Shown: positions 1 through 13,269 of the stretch, in pieces
Position numbering within the stretch: position 1 is the stretch's first letter
Layout: each line of letters starts with the position of its first letter
Assembly (NCBI GenBank): GCA_028534125.1
Contig: CM052816.1
Location: forward strand, 2,978,001-3,042,000
Direction of reading: 5' to 3'
DNA from: Lama glama
Taxonomy: Eukaryota
DNA length: 64,000 bases
Position numbers and translations under genes: made by a program
The notes under the pieces: model-generated
What the model saw: the letters and a program-made list of their open reading frames with translations, nothing else
Database searches by the model: none
What the model was told of the DNA's origin: nothing

Positions 1-89
1 ATTTATTTATTTATTTACTTGATGGAGGTACTGGGGATTGAACCCAGGACCTTGTGCGTGCACTCTACCACTGAGCTATATCCTTCCCC
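1..89 (-). mobile_element. tRNA-derived SINE, camelid Vic-1-like
   Basis: Reverse complement gives GGGGAAGGATATAGCTCAGTGGTAGAG...GGGTTCAATCCCCAGTACCTCC plus an (AAAT)n tail; Pol III A and B boxes present. Confidence 0.85.
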
Positions 90-95
90 TAGCAG

Positions 96-352
96 GGCTG
101 ATTTCTTCTAAGGCCTCTTACCTTGGCTTGTAGACAGCCTTCTTCTTAGGTCTTCACGTGGTCTTCCCTCTGTAACTGTGTCCAAATTTCCTTCTCTTAT
201 GAAGACACCAGCCACACTGGATTAGGGCTCACCCATTTTAAGTAAATTACCTCTTTAAAGTTCCTATCTCCAAATACAGTTCCCATTCTTAGGTATGGGG
301 GATTATGACGTCAACATATGAATTTTGGGGAGACTCAATTCAGCCCACAACA
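96..352 (-). mobile_element. MaLR LTR (MLT1A/B/C-like), 5' portion
   Basis: Reverse complement begins TGTTGTGGGCTGAATTGAGTCTCCCCAAAATTCATATGTTGACGTC, the typical MLT1 LTR start. Confidence 0.8.
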
Positions 353-1005
353 TCATCTATGAAATACTCTTGCCAAAAACTAGAATCTGAATCAGATCAA
401 GTCTCTAGAAGTGAATACCAGTTCACAGGGAATACAGGGGGAAGAGAAACATGTTAATACGATGCGAGCGCAATCAGCACAATTCAGAATTCGGAACGCT
501 CCAAACTCTTCCAAGGGACCTGCTTCTGCAATAAGTAAACTGCAAGGACAAAAGAAACAGGGAGATGGGTATCCGCAGATTATCAGAGACTTAAGAAATA
601 AATGAATCAAATGTTACCTATATGCCTCCTATGGATCCCAATTAAACGAAGCAATTTTAAAAGATACATTTATGAGGTGATTGGGAAATCTGAACTGACA
701 CTGAGATTGTTTTTTTTTATCATTAAGGAATTACTATTACTTTTAGGTGATATCGTGGTTATGTTTTTTAAGCAGTCTTTCTCTTTTAGAGACAGATACT
801 GCAATATTTCCGTATGGGTGACACGACATCAGGGATCCGTTTGAAAATAATCCAGTGAGTAAGGAAGCAGAGAGCATAGGTGAAAAGAGAGTGGCAATGA
901 GTTAATGCTCATAACTGGGTGAGGGGTACACCAGGCTTGATTATAGCATGCTCTCTATCTGTGGATATGTTTGAAGTTTTCCACGACAAAAAGCTTATAA
1001 ATTAA
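353..1005 (+). mobile_element. Ancient L1 (L1MC/ME-type) 3' UTR
   Basis: Recognisable 3' end blocks (attaaggaattactattac, tttagagacagatactg, atatgtttgaagttttcca). Confidence 0.7.
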
Positions 1006-2048
1006 TAAATGAACAAACGGATGGGTGGTCATGCCATGCATCCCACACAAGGGCAAGAGCAAAACAACTAAAATGAAAACAGGGAAGATTCACTTACTGA
1101 AGGAAGCAACTGGAAATAAAATGTGACTAATAACACATACAAGCAGCTACCCTTTGTAGATCACCGGCTAGATTCCAGGACAAACACCAGGCAGCAGCAT
1201 CCATCTGTATGTACAGTCACAAATCTCTACCGCTTTTCATCTTTATAACACTCCTGGAGCAGGGGGGAAGTCGGGTCATCTCACAGACAGGGAACCCAAC
1301 ACTCAGAAATAGCTGAAACCTCAAGCTGGCTTGGACCTGAGACAAACCAGCACCCAGGACTTTGGTCTACAGCGTGTGTGCCCTTTCCCTCACCCGACTC
1401 TGACTCCGGGGGCCAAAAGGGAGTGAAATAAGGCAAAAACTTGAGTTGATAGAGAGTGGCTTCTACCTGGAAATAAACCTTTGTTTCCTTTCTTTGTTCT
1501 TAAGGAGATTTGTCTTAAGAGCTCTCCCTGCTTTCTCCTCAATGACTACTATTTACTTAATTTTTTGAAGCACTCAAAAATGGTCCTTGTCCAACAGAAA
1601 TGTTTGCGGTCACATGACTCCTGCAGGTTCACTTTTACAGTAATGAATACCAAATCTTTTCTTTATTTCCCCAAAGACAAATGTTGAGCTATGACATGGA
1701 CCTGAACACAGAGACAGTGCGGGAAATATGCGTGCATCCTTTATCTTCTGCTGTGAGTTTCTAGGGATTCCTCTCAGGCAAAATGAATCTCTTCAGACAT
1801 GACTCACATGCACACGGTATCTCAGATCAAACGGCATCCGTCTTTTTCATTTGCAGAGTATGTTTTGGTTTTGTTTTTTATTGTCACTGTATCTTTTTAA
1901 GAACATGGGGAAGTAAACTCCATTTTAGAAAGATTTCCATCAAGACAGATAAAAATGAAAGGTTCAGCCCATGGAGCTGAAGCCTGGGTCACCTGGGATT
2001 CCATACAACCAGGCATTACGTAACCTACTAGAATGTCAGCTTCTCTCT

Positions 2049-2548
2049 NNNNNNNNNNNNNNNNNNNNNNNNNNNNNNNNNNNNNNNNNNNNNNNNNNNN
2101 NNNNNNNNNNNNNNNNNNNNNNNNNNNNNNNNNNNNNNNNNNNNNNNNNNNNNNNNNNNNNNNNNNNNNNNNNNNNNNNNNNNNNNNNNNNNNNNNNNNN
2201 NNNNNNNNNNNNNNNNNNNNNNNNNNNNNNNNNNNNNNNNNNNNNNNNNNNNNNNNNNNNNNNNNNNNNNNNNNNNNNNNNNNNNNNNNNNNNNNNNNNN
2301 NNNNNNNNNNNNNNNNNNNNNNNNNNNNNNNNNNNNNNNNNNNNNNNNNNNNNNNNNNNNNNNNNNNNNNNNNNNNNNNNNNNNNNNNNNNNNNNNNNNN
2401 NNNNNNNNNNNNNNNNNNNNNNNNNNNNNNNNNNNNNNNNNNNNNNNNNNNNNNNNNNNNNNNNNNNNNNNNNNNNNNNNNNNNNNNNNNNNNNNNNNNN
2501 NNNNNNNNNNNNNNNNNNNNNNNNNNNNNNNNNNNNNNNNNNNNNNNN
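2049..2548. other. Assembly gap (500 N)
   Basis: Run of exactly 500 N. Confidence 1.
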
Positions 2549-2874
2549 AATATGGTCATCTGCCACACTCCCTCTGTACCCTAAGGCATCAGTAAAAGAC
2601 TGCTGTTGACATCATTCAGCCACATTTTACCGCAGCACCAAAAGTATTTATTGAGAGATCCCTGAGGGACTGGTTGTTAATAAAAGCTGTATAACAACTT
2701 TCTTTGAGCCAAGTACCAAGAGCCTTACCCAACTAAGTGGTGAGAAATCTCAGGTTAATGTTTTACTATGGTAAACATTACTTGAGGTTGGCTCTGAGCG
2801 GAGGGATAAACTGGTACTATTAATAAATTCAAAGGCAGTTTTTAGAATGAAAGCAATGCCTAGAATAACAAGTT

Positions 2875-3020
2875 TGCCAAAGCACTTTTACACGCACTAC
2901 ATTGTTTCAGTCTCATAATAATGCAGAAAGGTCATTTGACTTTGTATTATTACTTGCATTCAATAGAACAGGAAATTGAGACTGAGAGCTTGAATGATTG
3001 GGCAAGATCACTTGGGTAAT
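2875..3020 (-). mobile_element. MIR SINE fragment
   Basis: aggaaattgagactgagag...gcaagatcac core. Confidence 0.55.
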
Positions 3021-3171
3021 TAATCATGATGCAAAGCTTGCTTTTGAACAACTTAGTTCAACTCTTTGCCAAAGCAATGACCTTTGCCTTCTTTACATCT
3101 GTAAAGCATTTCAGTTATTTCCCCCTAATGTATATAGTTCTATCGACATCTTTTAAAACTCATTTAATCCC

Positions 3172-3510
3172 CGTGATGGTTAGTTTTATGCATCACCTTG
3201 ACTGGGCTAAGGAATGCCCAGATAGCTGGTAAAACATTGCTTCTGGGTCTGTCTCTGAGGGTGTTTCCAGAAGAGGTTAGCATTTGAATTGGTGAACCCA
3301 GTAAAGCAGATGGCCCTACCCAATGTGGATGGACATCACCCAATCTGTGGAGGGCCCAAATAAAACAAAAAGGTGGAGGAAGGGTGAAGTCAGTCTCTCT
3401 CCCTGTAAGCTGGAACATCCATCTCCTCCTGCCCTTGACATCAGTATTCCCGGCTCTTGGGCCTTCAAACTTGGACTGAGACTTACACCATTGCCCTCCC
3501 TCAGCCACTT
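3172..3510 (+). mobile_element. ERVL LTR (MLT2-like)
   Basis: gtgatggttagttttatgcatcaccttgactgggctaagg...gtaaagcagatggccctacccaatgtgg matches the MLT2 5' consensus. Confidence 0.85.
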
Positions 3511-3689
3511 CCCTCAGTGGGTTCAGCATTGTGTTAATCAGTACACAAGTTTGAGATCTTGGAAAGACCTCTGAAACAAAAGTACTCAAACTGGGGGAGA
3601 CAAAAGTTCCCCATGGAAACTAGGAGCTAGCATAATTCTGGTCATTATTATGGACATTAGGAATAACTTCTAAGAGTTAACATCAATCG

Positions 3690-4950
3690 ACTAAAATAAT
3701 TCACTGGGGAAAGAATAATCTTTTCAACAAAGGGTGCCGGGACAACTGGATATTCACATGCAAAGAATGAAGGTAGGCCGTACTTCACACCAGGTACAAA
3801 AATTAACTCAAAATGGACCAAAGACCTGAATTTAAGAGCTGAAATTATAAAACTCTTGGAAGAAAATATAGAGGTAGATCTTTGTGATCTTGGGTTAAGC
3901 AATACTTTCTTAGAAGTAACACCAAAACAACAAGTAACCAAAGAAACAATAGATAAATTAGACATGATCAAAATTTTAAAAATTTGTGCTTCAAAGGACA
4001 CTATCAAGAAAGTGAAAAGACAACCCACAGAATGGGAGAAAATACTTGCAAATCATATATCTAATAAGGGACTTATATCTAGACTATATAAAGAACTCTT
4101 ACAACTTAGCAAGAAAAAGACAAAAAAATTCCATTAAAATATGGAGAAAGCGCTTGAATACATAATTCTCCAAAGGAGATACACAAATGGCAGATAAGCA
4201 CAAAAAAGATATTCAACATCATTAGCCACTAGGGAAATGTAAATCAAAACCACAATGAAGTGCCACTTCATATCTACTAGGATGGTATAATCAAATGCTA
4301 AAGAAGATGTGAAGGAACTGGAACCCTCACACATTGCAGGTAGGAATGTAAAACGGTGCAGCCACTTCGGAAAACATTCTAGCAGTTCCTCAAAAAGGTA
4401 AACATAGAACAATCATTAGACCCAGTAATTCCACTCTTGGGTTTATACTCAAGAGAATTAACATATGTCCACACAAAAGTTTGCACACAAATGTTCATAC
4501 TGCTTTATTCAAAGTAGTCAAAAAGTAGAAAGAATGTATATCAACTGATGCATGGATAAACAAAACATGATATATACATGCAATAGAATAATATTCAGCC
4601 ACAAAAGAGAAATGAGGCACTCATATATGCCACAAATGAATGAAACTTGGAAACATCATGCTTAGTGTAACAAGTCAGACACAAAAAGCCACGTAGTACA
4701 TGATTCCATTTATATACAATGTCCACGACAGGCAAATTCATAGAGACAGAAAGTACATTAGTGGTTGCCAGGGGCTGGGAGGAGAGAGAAAAAGTAAGTG
4801 ACTGCTAATGAATATGGGTTTGAGGAGGTAGAGGGGGATAATGATAATGTTCAAGAATTAGATAATGGGATGTGAATATGCTAAAAATCACTGAATTGAC
4901 ACTTTAAGAGACTGAATATTATGATACGTGAATTAGATCTCAACTGAAAA
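3690..4950 (+). mobile_element. L1 (L1MB-type) ORF2 C-terminal remnant plus 3' UTR
   Basis: ORF 3856-4137 (KETIDKLDMIKILKICASKDTIKKVKRQPTEWEKILANHISNKGLISRLYKEL) is L1 ORF2p; typical 3' UTR (gtggttgccaggggctggga). Confidence 0.95.
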
Positions 4951-5304
4951 TATAACTTCCAGCTTCTTACAGCTGTTACATTAAGGAAAACAAATCACTG
5001 AATTCAGGGCATCTAAGCCCATCAAAAGGGAGTCAAATGAGGAAAGAACAATGCTCAGAATATCACTGAGGAGGTCAGACTGGTTGTTGACTCTAAAAGT
5101 ACACTAGGAGCACTCCATGTCAGTCTCTAGAGAATCTGCATTCATGCTTTATGCCATGACTAGCCCAAATGAAACTATGGCCCTGGGACCAAGCTGGTCT
5201 CTTTTCTCATTACCTTCCACCTTGCCATCTTTCCGGGGTTTCCTCTGCAGTATCAGATAGAAAGAGGGCCAAGTTTATGACTCTTTCTCAGATCACTGAA
5301 CTCA

Positions 5305-6590
5305 GTTCAATTCCATACATTTTACTCGGGGTACCTGGGAAGTGCCAGGCACCTGCCTAGATCCAGAGAATCAGCTGTGATCAGGATGGATGCTGCCCTC
5401 CCTTGATGAAACTTGTGTTCTAATATGAAAAATGGATAATAAAAAGTATGCTGGTTCTCTTCTAAGGCCCTACCATCCCTAATCTACCCAATGGCATTTT
5501 TTCTGACCTGCTTCTGGAGACGTGGGGTTTGCTCTGTGAATTGTATAGGCCAGGCTCTCTTTTACTAGAAGGAAATCAGGCAGCAGAAAGGGAGACAACA
5601 GGGTGTCCTCTTCCTGCCTTAGCACCACGATTCTGGCAGTAGATTTCAACGACTACATCTCCTGTAAGATACACCTTCCTCCAGAGTGCCAGATTTCATT
5701 GGAAATTCTACTTTCTCCCTCTGCCTTTTCATACTGAAGCATGTATGGTAGCTCATCTGAAAAGACAGCTATTAATGATTCATTTCAACCCTATATGTTC
5801 ACGCTGGTCCTCCTTAAAAGGTAGTATCTATTTCACCTCCCCTTGAATCTGGACTTGCTTTGTGACTTGCTTTGACCAACAGAATGTGGCAAATGTGATG
5901 CTCTGTCAGTTCTGGGGCAAGTCCTTAAGAGGCCAGGCAGCTTCCACTTTGACTTTCTTGGCACCCAGCCACTTAATCAGTGCTCAGGTTAAATTATTAA
6001 ATAATAAAAGATCACAAGGAGAGAAAGACAAACCTAGCCCACCCCTCGCCAGTCCAGCCACCCCAGCAGAAAGGCATCAGGTGTGGAATGAATCCATCTT
6101 GGATCCTCATCCAGCTCCAACTGAACTCCCCAGCCAACTTCACCAAGTGCAGAGTGGAGATGAGCCATTTCCACCAAGCCCTGCTCAAATTGAATAATTG
6201 TGGGCAAATACATGGTGGTTGGTTTTTAAAGTCACTAGGTTGTGGGCAGTTTGTTACACAGCAGAAGACAACTAAAACTGACGATAATGGGATCTCACTG
6301 CTGCTAATCCCAGATGCCCCAACATTCTTATAATACCCTTAACCCTGACCTTGGCTCCATAAATGGCTTCCGTTCTCTTCAATTAAACCTTTTTGAGTTC
6401 TACGCTATGTTCTATTTCGAATTCTGAGACCCTGCCCAACACAACAAGTAAATAGATAAATAAGACAATCACAGATTCTTGTTGGTACCAGGATGAAAAT
6501 AAGCAGGTTGCCATGGTAGGGAATATCAGAACCAACTCTGGGCAGGGTGGTTAGGGAAGGCCTTTTCTGAATAACTCTGTTTAAGTCAGT
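5305..6590 (-). mobile_element. L2 fragment split by a nested LTR33-like ERVL LTR (about 5446-6442), itself split by an MLT1-type LTR (about 5741-6280)
   Basis: L2 3' motifs at 5305-5440 and 6443-6590; LTR33-like end gagaccctgcccaacaca; MLT1 blocks gtgacttgctttgaccaacagaatgtggc and ttgttacacagcag. Confidence 0.65.
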
Positions 6591-6959
6591 CAACATCTGC
6601 AGCAAAAAGGCTGCAGGAAATGCAATGCTAAAGGAAGCAAACAGCTGAGGAATCGGCTTCAGGTTCAAGCCGCACTTTTGCTGGCGACCCTGCTCTGGGC
6701 CATAGAGCCACGGCTTGCAACTGCTTTCACATCTCTGAGTATATCCCTCATTTCACTCTTTCCATTAGGCTGAGTATTTAAAGTAGAGGAAAAACAAACA
6801 AACAAACAAGAATGGGAAAAGCCCCCTCCCTGTCACGGCTGCCTTCCATATCCCAACATACCTGAAAGTACAGTTTTGAGGGGTGTGAGCCCTACTGCCC
6901 AAGGAGAAACAGGACTGGAAAATGGGAGAGATGTTAAAAGGGACTTTTATATAAAGTAT

Positions 6960-7660
6960 GAAAGCATATGTTTATCTCAGTTAGCAGTACCTTGAAATTA
7001 AGGCAATATATTTTTATCAATACAATTAGCAAAAATTCCAAAAAGCAGTAACATCTTGTGTTGGTGAGGATATGACAAAATGTGCCTTTTGACGTGTTGC
7101 TCGGTGAGAGTGAGAACTGCTATAATCTCTTTGGTATACAATTTGCCAGCATCCTTAAATAAACACATAGATCTTTCCCTGGGCCCACTTTTGAGAATCT
7201 ATTCTAAACACCATATGTAAAGACAGATGTACAAAGTTCTATTCTATTGCAACATCGTTTATAGGAGCCAAAATAAAAAGTAGAAACAACCTAATTATCC
7301 ATCAGTAAGGAAGTGGTTCAATAAATTATGGTACATTCATATCAAGGAATCACACCAGTATTTAAAAACAGAATGAGTTCAACCTATATTCATTGAACTG
7401 GAGGGCCACCCATAATATATCATTAAACAGATATTTTAAAGAGCAAACATCATAAATAGTATGATCCTAAAGCAAAACTTACATATGTTGCATGTATGTT
7501 TCTTTATATTTGTATGAACATGGAGACAGTGTAGAAAAATACATATGCTTTTAACAGGATTACTACAGTAGGGTGAAAATAAATGGAAAATGATTAACTT
7601 TCCTGTATGCATTTTTGGATTGTTTCATTTGTTGAAATGAATATATCACTTTCATTTTTA
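6960..7660 (+). mobile_element. L1ME-type fragment
   Basis: gaaacaacctaattatccatcagtaagg...aataaattatggtacattcat. Confidence 0.7.
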
Positions 7661-7664
7661 ATTC

Positions 7665-8055
7665 TCCTGTCCCCACCCTTCTTTCTACCTCAGGCAACCA
7701 TGATTCTAATTTATTTCACTTTAGATTAATTTTACCTGTGCTAGAATTTTATCTAAATGGAGTAATAATTTTTTGTGTCTGTCTTCTTTTGGTCACTGTT
7801 GTGTCTGTGAGATTCATCCAGGTTGTTGCCTACATTGGTAGTTCATTCCTTTTTATCGCTAAGTTGTGTTCCATTCAAATGGCTTATCACAATTTGTCCA
7901 TATACTGCTGATGGACATTTGAGTTATTTCTAGATTTTGGCTACCCTGAATAAAGCTGTTACAAACATTCTTGCACAAGGATTTTGACACAGATTTTTAT
8001 TTCTCTTGGATAAATACCTAGGAATTGAATTGCTGAGTCAAAGGGTAGCAAAATG
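7665..8055 (-). mobile_element. L1M fragment, antisense
   Basis: tctgtgagattcatccaggttgttg...taaatacctaggaattgaattgctgagtca. Confidence 0.8.
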
Positions 8056-8894
8056 AAGGTGTATGAACATAATTTACTTGTAGTAAAAAAACTAATAAAA
8101 ACATTTCAAAGGAAAAATTTTGAAGAAAGAGAATGAATCTGTATTTTAAAAAGACAATAATCTTTGTAACCTTTTTCTCCACTCCCTCTCCTCCCACTAA
8201 GTGTTCGGGTCTGTCAGATCTTAAGCTTCCCAGGTCAGATCAGTGACCCACCACTTTTCATGGTGCATCATCAAAGCTGGGGAAATTCTAATGTTACCTG
8301 CCCAACAGGAACTAGATTTAGATAACACCCACCAGAAGCCTTAAGATTCAAATGACAATTCAAGAGAACTGCTAACACACAAGAAAAGCAGCTTCCACAG
8401 TCGGAAACTTCTTGCAGACAAAACAAAACAAAACTCATGACACTCCTTTTCTATAATAACAAGGTGTCACCGGAATAGATACTTAGCACTAAAAAGGAGA
8501 AGAAACTAGTCAAATCGACACATCAAGAAAAATAGTAGCAGAAGTAACCCTACCCAAGGGCAAATTCATAAACAAATTGTGAAACTTTGGTAACTTTCCA
8601 AACCTAAAGTGAAAGTTTAAGTTGCTACAAAAATCCAATCAATGCCATAAAGACTTAGTCTAGGAAGGAAAGACTGGAATAAACATATATTTTTTGAGTG
8701 TCTTAAAAAAAAAGGTACTGTTACACTGTGAATGACAGGTTTTAGGGATACCAGCTAGACCCCTGGTCCACCACCACTCTTTTTTCTCAGAACTGGCCTT
8801 GAGTCTGACCCCACAGGAGGGTCACAGTACCATATTTCCTCCAGGATTCAGATGTTTGGACCAGGGATGGACCTCTGATAGTTCAAGTTTGGAT

Positions 8895-9205
8895 TCTAAG
8901 TGACATGGGAAGCCAATGAAGGATTTTGTGCAAATAGTAACATGGTCTTATTTATGATTCGAAAAGACCTTGGAGGAATAAATTAGGAAGCACTTGCAGT
9001 AGTTCAGATGATTGACACTGGCAGTGGAGAAGGAGAGAAGCCCTAGAGAGCCTCTCAACATCCACAAGCCAAAGAGAGGAACAGAGGGTTTCTGAAGGAA
9101 TCTGGAACGTAGACCTAGGAGACAGTGGGGTCATGAAAGCTAAGAGAGAGGGGGTTTTAAGAAGGAAGAAGTGATCAGCTGTGGCTTGAGGAGTAACCAA
9201 GAAGG
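8895..9205 (-). mobile_element. L2 fragment
   Basis: atgggaagccaatgaaggattttg...ggcagtggagaaggagagaag. Confidence 0.55.
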
Positions 9206-9388
9206 GTCTGTTTGTGAAGAAGACAGCCTTCTGTTAAGGGGAGCAGAGAGACAGGGTTGCAGCAGGAAGAAGATAAAGTGACAAGGAGGTGACTCTAGCA
9301 TGTTCGTAGCTTCTTGCTGCACTTCAGATAAAAATCTAAAAGGCCACGTTCTTAACTTGACATACAAGATCCTTCATAGTGGGACTCG

Positions 9389-9850
9389 TTGTATCGGTCT
9401 GGGTCCCAGCAGCAGACACTGGCACAGAGTTTAGCTGAAGTGAACGTAACAAAGGGACCGTGTATGGCAGTGCAGGCAGGGTGAGGAAACTCACACCATT
9501 TGGGGACACTCCCAGGAGGGAGCTTCAGGATGAAAACAATGCCACCCAAAGCCTGAAGAGAAAAGGAAAGGAAACTTAGAGCTGAAGCTATGAAAGGGGA
9601 GCCACCTGACACCAGCAGGAGCCACAAAGGGACTTCGTTACTGCCAGAAGCCTGTGGTTACAGCAGGAAGGAAGGGGAAAGAAATAGCAGCACCCATCTC
9701 CCGTACTTTCTGATCCACCCTCACGACATTGGCTGAAACCAGCTGGAGGCCACAGACTAAGAGGCTGCAAGCAATGGAGTCCACAGAGGTCAGGAGGGCA
9801 CAGAGCAAGGCAAAGAAATTCATAGAAAATGATCGAGCAGGCAAATCACA
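9389..9850 (-). mobile_element. ERVL LTR (LTR33/LTR41-like) inserted in an L2
   Basis: tgtatcggtctgggtcccagcagcagacactggcaca is the reverse complement of an LTR33/41-type 3' end. Confidence 0.6.
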
Positions 9851-9854
9851 TCCT

Positions 9855-10315
9855 TGCTCAGCTCTCGGGCTCATCTCTGACCATTCTCCCCACTCCTCCA
9901 GCCTCACTGGGACTTTTTCACCATCCAGGACCATGCCAAGCTGCATCCTACCTGAGGCCTGGGCACAGGCTGTTCTTTCTATCTGGAACACCCTTCTTCT
10001 CTCCACTTCATCCACTCAAATTTATCTTTCCACCTTCACCTGAAATGTCACTTTCCCAGAGAGGTCTTTCCTGGCCCTTGTCCCTACCCCATCCATAGGA
10101 AACACTGCCCTTATATTCTCTCACTGCACCCCGTTCTTTTCTTCCCACAGCATTCTTCATTGTGTGTGCAATGATACATTTATTGAGACATTGTTTGTTT
10201 AACATCCATCCCTTCCCTCAGACTAGACTTCATGAGAACAGGAATTGTGTCTGTTTTCACAGTACAGTTTTTGGCAATGGGGTAAGTGCCAAAATACGTG
10301 TTTACTGAAAGATTT
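9855..10315 (+). mobile_element. L2 3' end
   Basis: gctgttctttctatctggaacaccctt...ctagacttcatgagaacaggaattgtgtctg...tttactgaa. Confidence 0.8.
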
Positions 10316-10374
10316 AATCAGCCTGTTCTAAAACCCTCTCCACGTCATTCGTGACTTCTGGATACAAACACTTC

Positions 10375-10630
10375 AGCAATAATAGACCTTATTTAATCCA
10401 TCCTTGTTACATGTCAATCGGTGTGCTAGAAATTTAATGTATGTCATCTTATTCACGCCTCACAACAATCCTGTGAGTCAGGGACTCTTTTCAGCCCCAT
10501 TTTTCCAACAAGGGCACCAAGGCATGAGAGGTCAGGGATTTAGCCAAGGTCACACAGCTACGTGGTATGATTCAAATCCTACTGATACCACAGCCAGTGC
10601 TCTGACCTCTCCCCTACGTTACAATGCCTA
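10375..10630 (-). mobile_element. MIR SINE
   Basis: cctcacaacaatcctgtgag...ccaaggtcacacagct. Confidence 0.75.
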
Positions 10631-11610
10631 ATTAAATATCTCTCCCTGTGGTTTTTGTTTGTTTCTAAGTATGTCTTCCATATTAGACTATAAGCAACTT
10701 GGGTAACAGCAGGTTTTAGTCATCTATTTAACCCCACTGCAAACTTAAGATGCCCAACAAATACTGAATGTTGAGTCTCCTATTGGAAAACCTTTGTGCT
10801 GACTGACCCTCCTCCCCAAGTCTTTAGCCACATTCATTCTGTTTATTAAACAGCAGCGGTCTGTCAATCAGAGTCTTTTGATGGCCACTGCAATGAGCTC
10901 TTCCTCTAGAGCACAATTTTTTAATGAACTGATACAGCTCAAGGACCAGCAGAGCCTTCGTGTGAATTCTGGGCACCTGTGGGCTTTCCCAGGACACTTG
11001 ACCTTATCCTAAAAGACCTTGCCTCAGAAACCAGGTAGCCCATCCTTTCTGACATCCATCCTATTCACTCCTGAATCTAACTTGACAATGCAGGGTCAGT
11101 TCCCAAGTCACAAGCTGCTTAATCGCTTCATTTGACGGTACCTTAGCTCCCTGTGAAGAGTTTTCAGAGGCCCAGACACTTGGAGCAGAACATCTGCTCT
11201 GGGTTTGCCTGTGGTCAGGGGACAGAAGGAGACAGAGCATCCCAGAGGCAGGAAAATGGTTCCAAGAGCACATCTGCCTCCATCTTGCCTACTGCCAGCT
11301 CCTGCACATTCTTGCAGAAAGACCTTGAATGTGTTAGCCCTTTAGAGCGCCCACTACACTTTCTGAATAGGCCCACCTGAGCCCTGCTGCCAGCCCTGAA
11401 ACAGGACTGAATTTCAGCCAAGAAGAGCCCAGTTGTCATCAGAACAGAGTTCTGATGGTAGTGAGGGCATGCCCTGCTACCAGCTTACCTGCCCCATGAT
11501 GCTGCAGCTCCACTTAACTCCTTCCCTCTTCATGGCTTCTTTTTCTTTTCTATTATCCCCCATGGCATTCTCTCTTTTGCTCTCCACAACCCAACTTTTG
11601 TGTAATGTGG

Positions 11611-11673
11611 ATAATAACAATAACAACAATAATAATAATAATGATAATGATATTGATGATGATGATGATGATG
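11611..11673. repeat. Compound trinucleotide microsatellite (AAT/AAC)n-(GAT)n
   Basis: ataataacaataacaacaataataataataatgataatgatattgatgatgatgatgatgatg. Confidence 0.95.
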
Positions 11674-11699
11674 TCAGAGCTAGAAAGGACCTTGCGTCA

Positions 11700-12350
11700 C
11701 CTCAGCCAGGGCATCCCAAACCCTGGCAAAATCACCTAAGACGCTTTTAAAACATAAATTCCTAGGCCCACCTTAGACCTGCAGTAGTAAACAACTGTTG
11801 CTTTTGTCTGTCAAGGCATGGCTTTCTTCAGAGAACTTTTCTTTCCTTTCTCTACCTGGTTCTCCTAGGGTTACAGAGTCCACAATGCATGACTTCCTAG
11901 AGGTAACTGGCCCCAAGATAAGCACATGATCCAAAGCGGGCCAATCAGAGTCATTCCCTGTGGTATCAGGCTCTGTGAGTGAAAGACTAAAGTGTCCCTT
12001 TCCCGCTGGTTGCCTAACTGAAAAAGATGGAACCCATTCTCCACAAGGTAGTAGCCCTATTTCCTGCCAACTAGAATAAATTTATCTGCAATAAAGAAAA
12101 ATGAAAATCAGAGAAAGTGCTGACAATATTTGCCAAGTTCCTAGGCAAATTCTATCTCTGAACTCCTCAGTCTCTCATGTCAATAAATTTCCTTGCTTGT
12201 TTAAGGTAGTTTTGAGAGTTTCTATCATTTGTTACCCAAATTATAGAGAAGAATACATCTACTGAATCAGGAGCCCAAGAGATAGGAAAGAGAACCTGGA
12301 ATTTTTAAAGACGCCCCGGGATTTCTGATGTATGGCTTGGCTTAGGGTAT
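11700..12350. mobile_element. MER5A-like hAT-Charlie MITE interrupted by an MLT1J/K/L-type LTR (about 11780-12257)
   Basis: MER5A halves ...ttcctaggcccaccttagacct | actgaatcag...atttctgatg; insert has gggccaatcagagt, caataaatttcc and a terminal aataca. Confidence 0.6.
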
Positions 12351-12689
12351 GCTGACAGACCAGCCCCAGTTTATAAGGAAAAAAGCTGGGATCCACATAA
12401 GGGATTTGATAGTAATAATGAGACAGAATTTAGTGAGCACTTACTACAGACCAGACCCAATGTGAAATAAGTTATATGTATTACATCATTTGAGCCTCAG
12501 CACATCACTTTGAGTTTACTATGTTTACCACATTTATTTGCTTGTTTACTATGTCTGTTTTACCTACAATTATTTATCCACTACTTAACCACCTAGCACA
12601 GCGCCTGGAACATAGTATGAGCTTATTAAACACTTGTCATAGTGAATAAATTTTACAGATTAACACAATTACTAGCTGTAGTAGTGGTA

Positions 12690-12945
12690 GCAGCATCACT
12701 AACGTTTACTGTTTATTTTGTTAGATACCATTCTAAGTTCTTTTTAAACATTACCTTATTCGGTTGTCTGAAAAAGCCTTTAACGTAGGCTTCTGTCCTC
12801 TCCCACTAGGATAAGAAAACTGAGTCACAGAGATGTCAAATAATTTCCCCAAGTTCACACAGCTAGTAAGTAACACAAAGCTGAGATTCAAACCCAGGCC
12901 ATCTGGCTCCAGAGTCTCGGTTCACAAACATCATGCTATGCTGGC
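12690..12945 (-). mobile_element. MIR SINE
   Basis: gaaaactgagtcacagagatgtcaaataatttccccaagttcacacagctagtaag...gattcaaacccagg. Confidence 0.85.
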
Positions 12946-13269
12946 TTAATGAACCTACCCAAAACGACCAAATTACAGAATAGCAGATACAGAATTTGGG
13001 CCTAGGTTTGTCTGAGTCCAGAATCTGTATTCTTTAACCACTACTGTATACTTCCTTTCTGCGGTTAATTGTCTGACAGTTTACGGTAAGCCACATAAAT
13101 GGTGCCCCTGGGGTTATGCGATATATAATCTGCATAGCTCTTGTGGCAACCCTGATAACATGATTAGAAACCAAGTATCCTGACTGCTGGAGAGGAGCAG
13201 TTAGGTGTGATCAAAAACAACACTCACTGGGCCAAATGCTGAAACCAAGGTACAGCAATTTGTCTGCGG

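Noticed and set aside
1..89. tRNA-like sequence with A and B boxes (also at 14803-14923)
   Set aside because: The anticodon arm is partly deleted, there is no proper acceptor stem, and an AT-rich tail follows, so these are SINEs and not tRNA genes.
1897..2609. Four long ORFs (176-223 aa) in the ORF track
   Set aside because: They are runs of X spanning the 500-N gap.
3657..4412. ORFs of 92-123 aa on both strands
   Set aside because: Sense and antisense readings of a decayed L1 ORF2, not host genes.
11433..11750. ORF with poly-Asn/poly-Asp
   Set aside because: Translation of a trinucleotide microsatellite; no splice or homology support.
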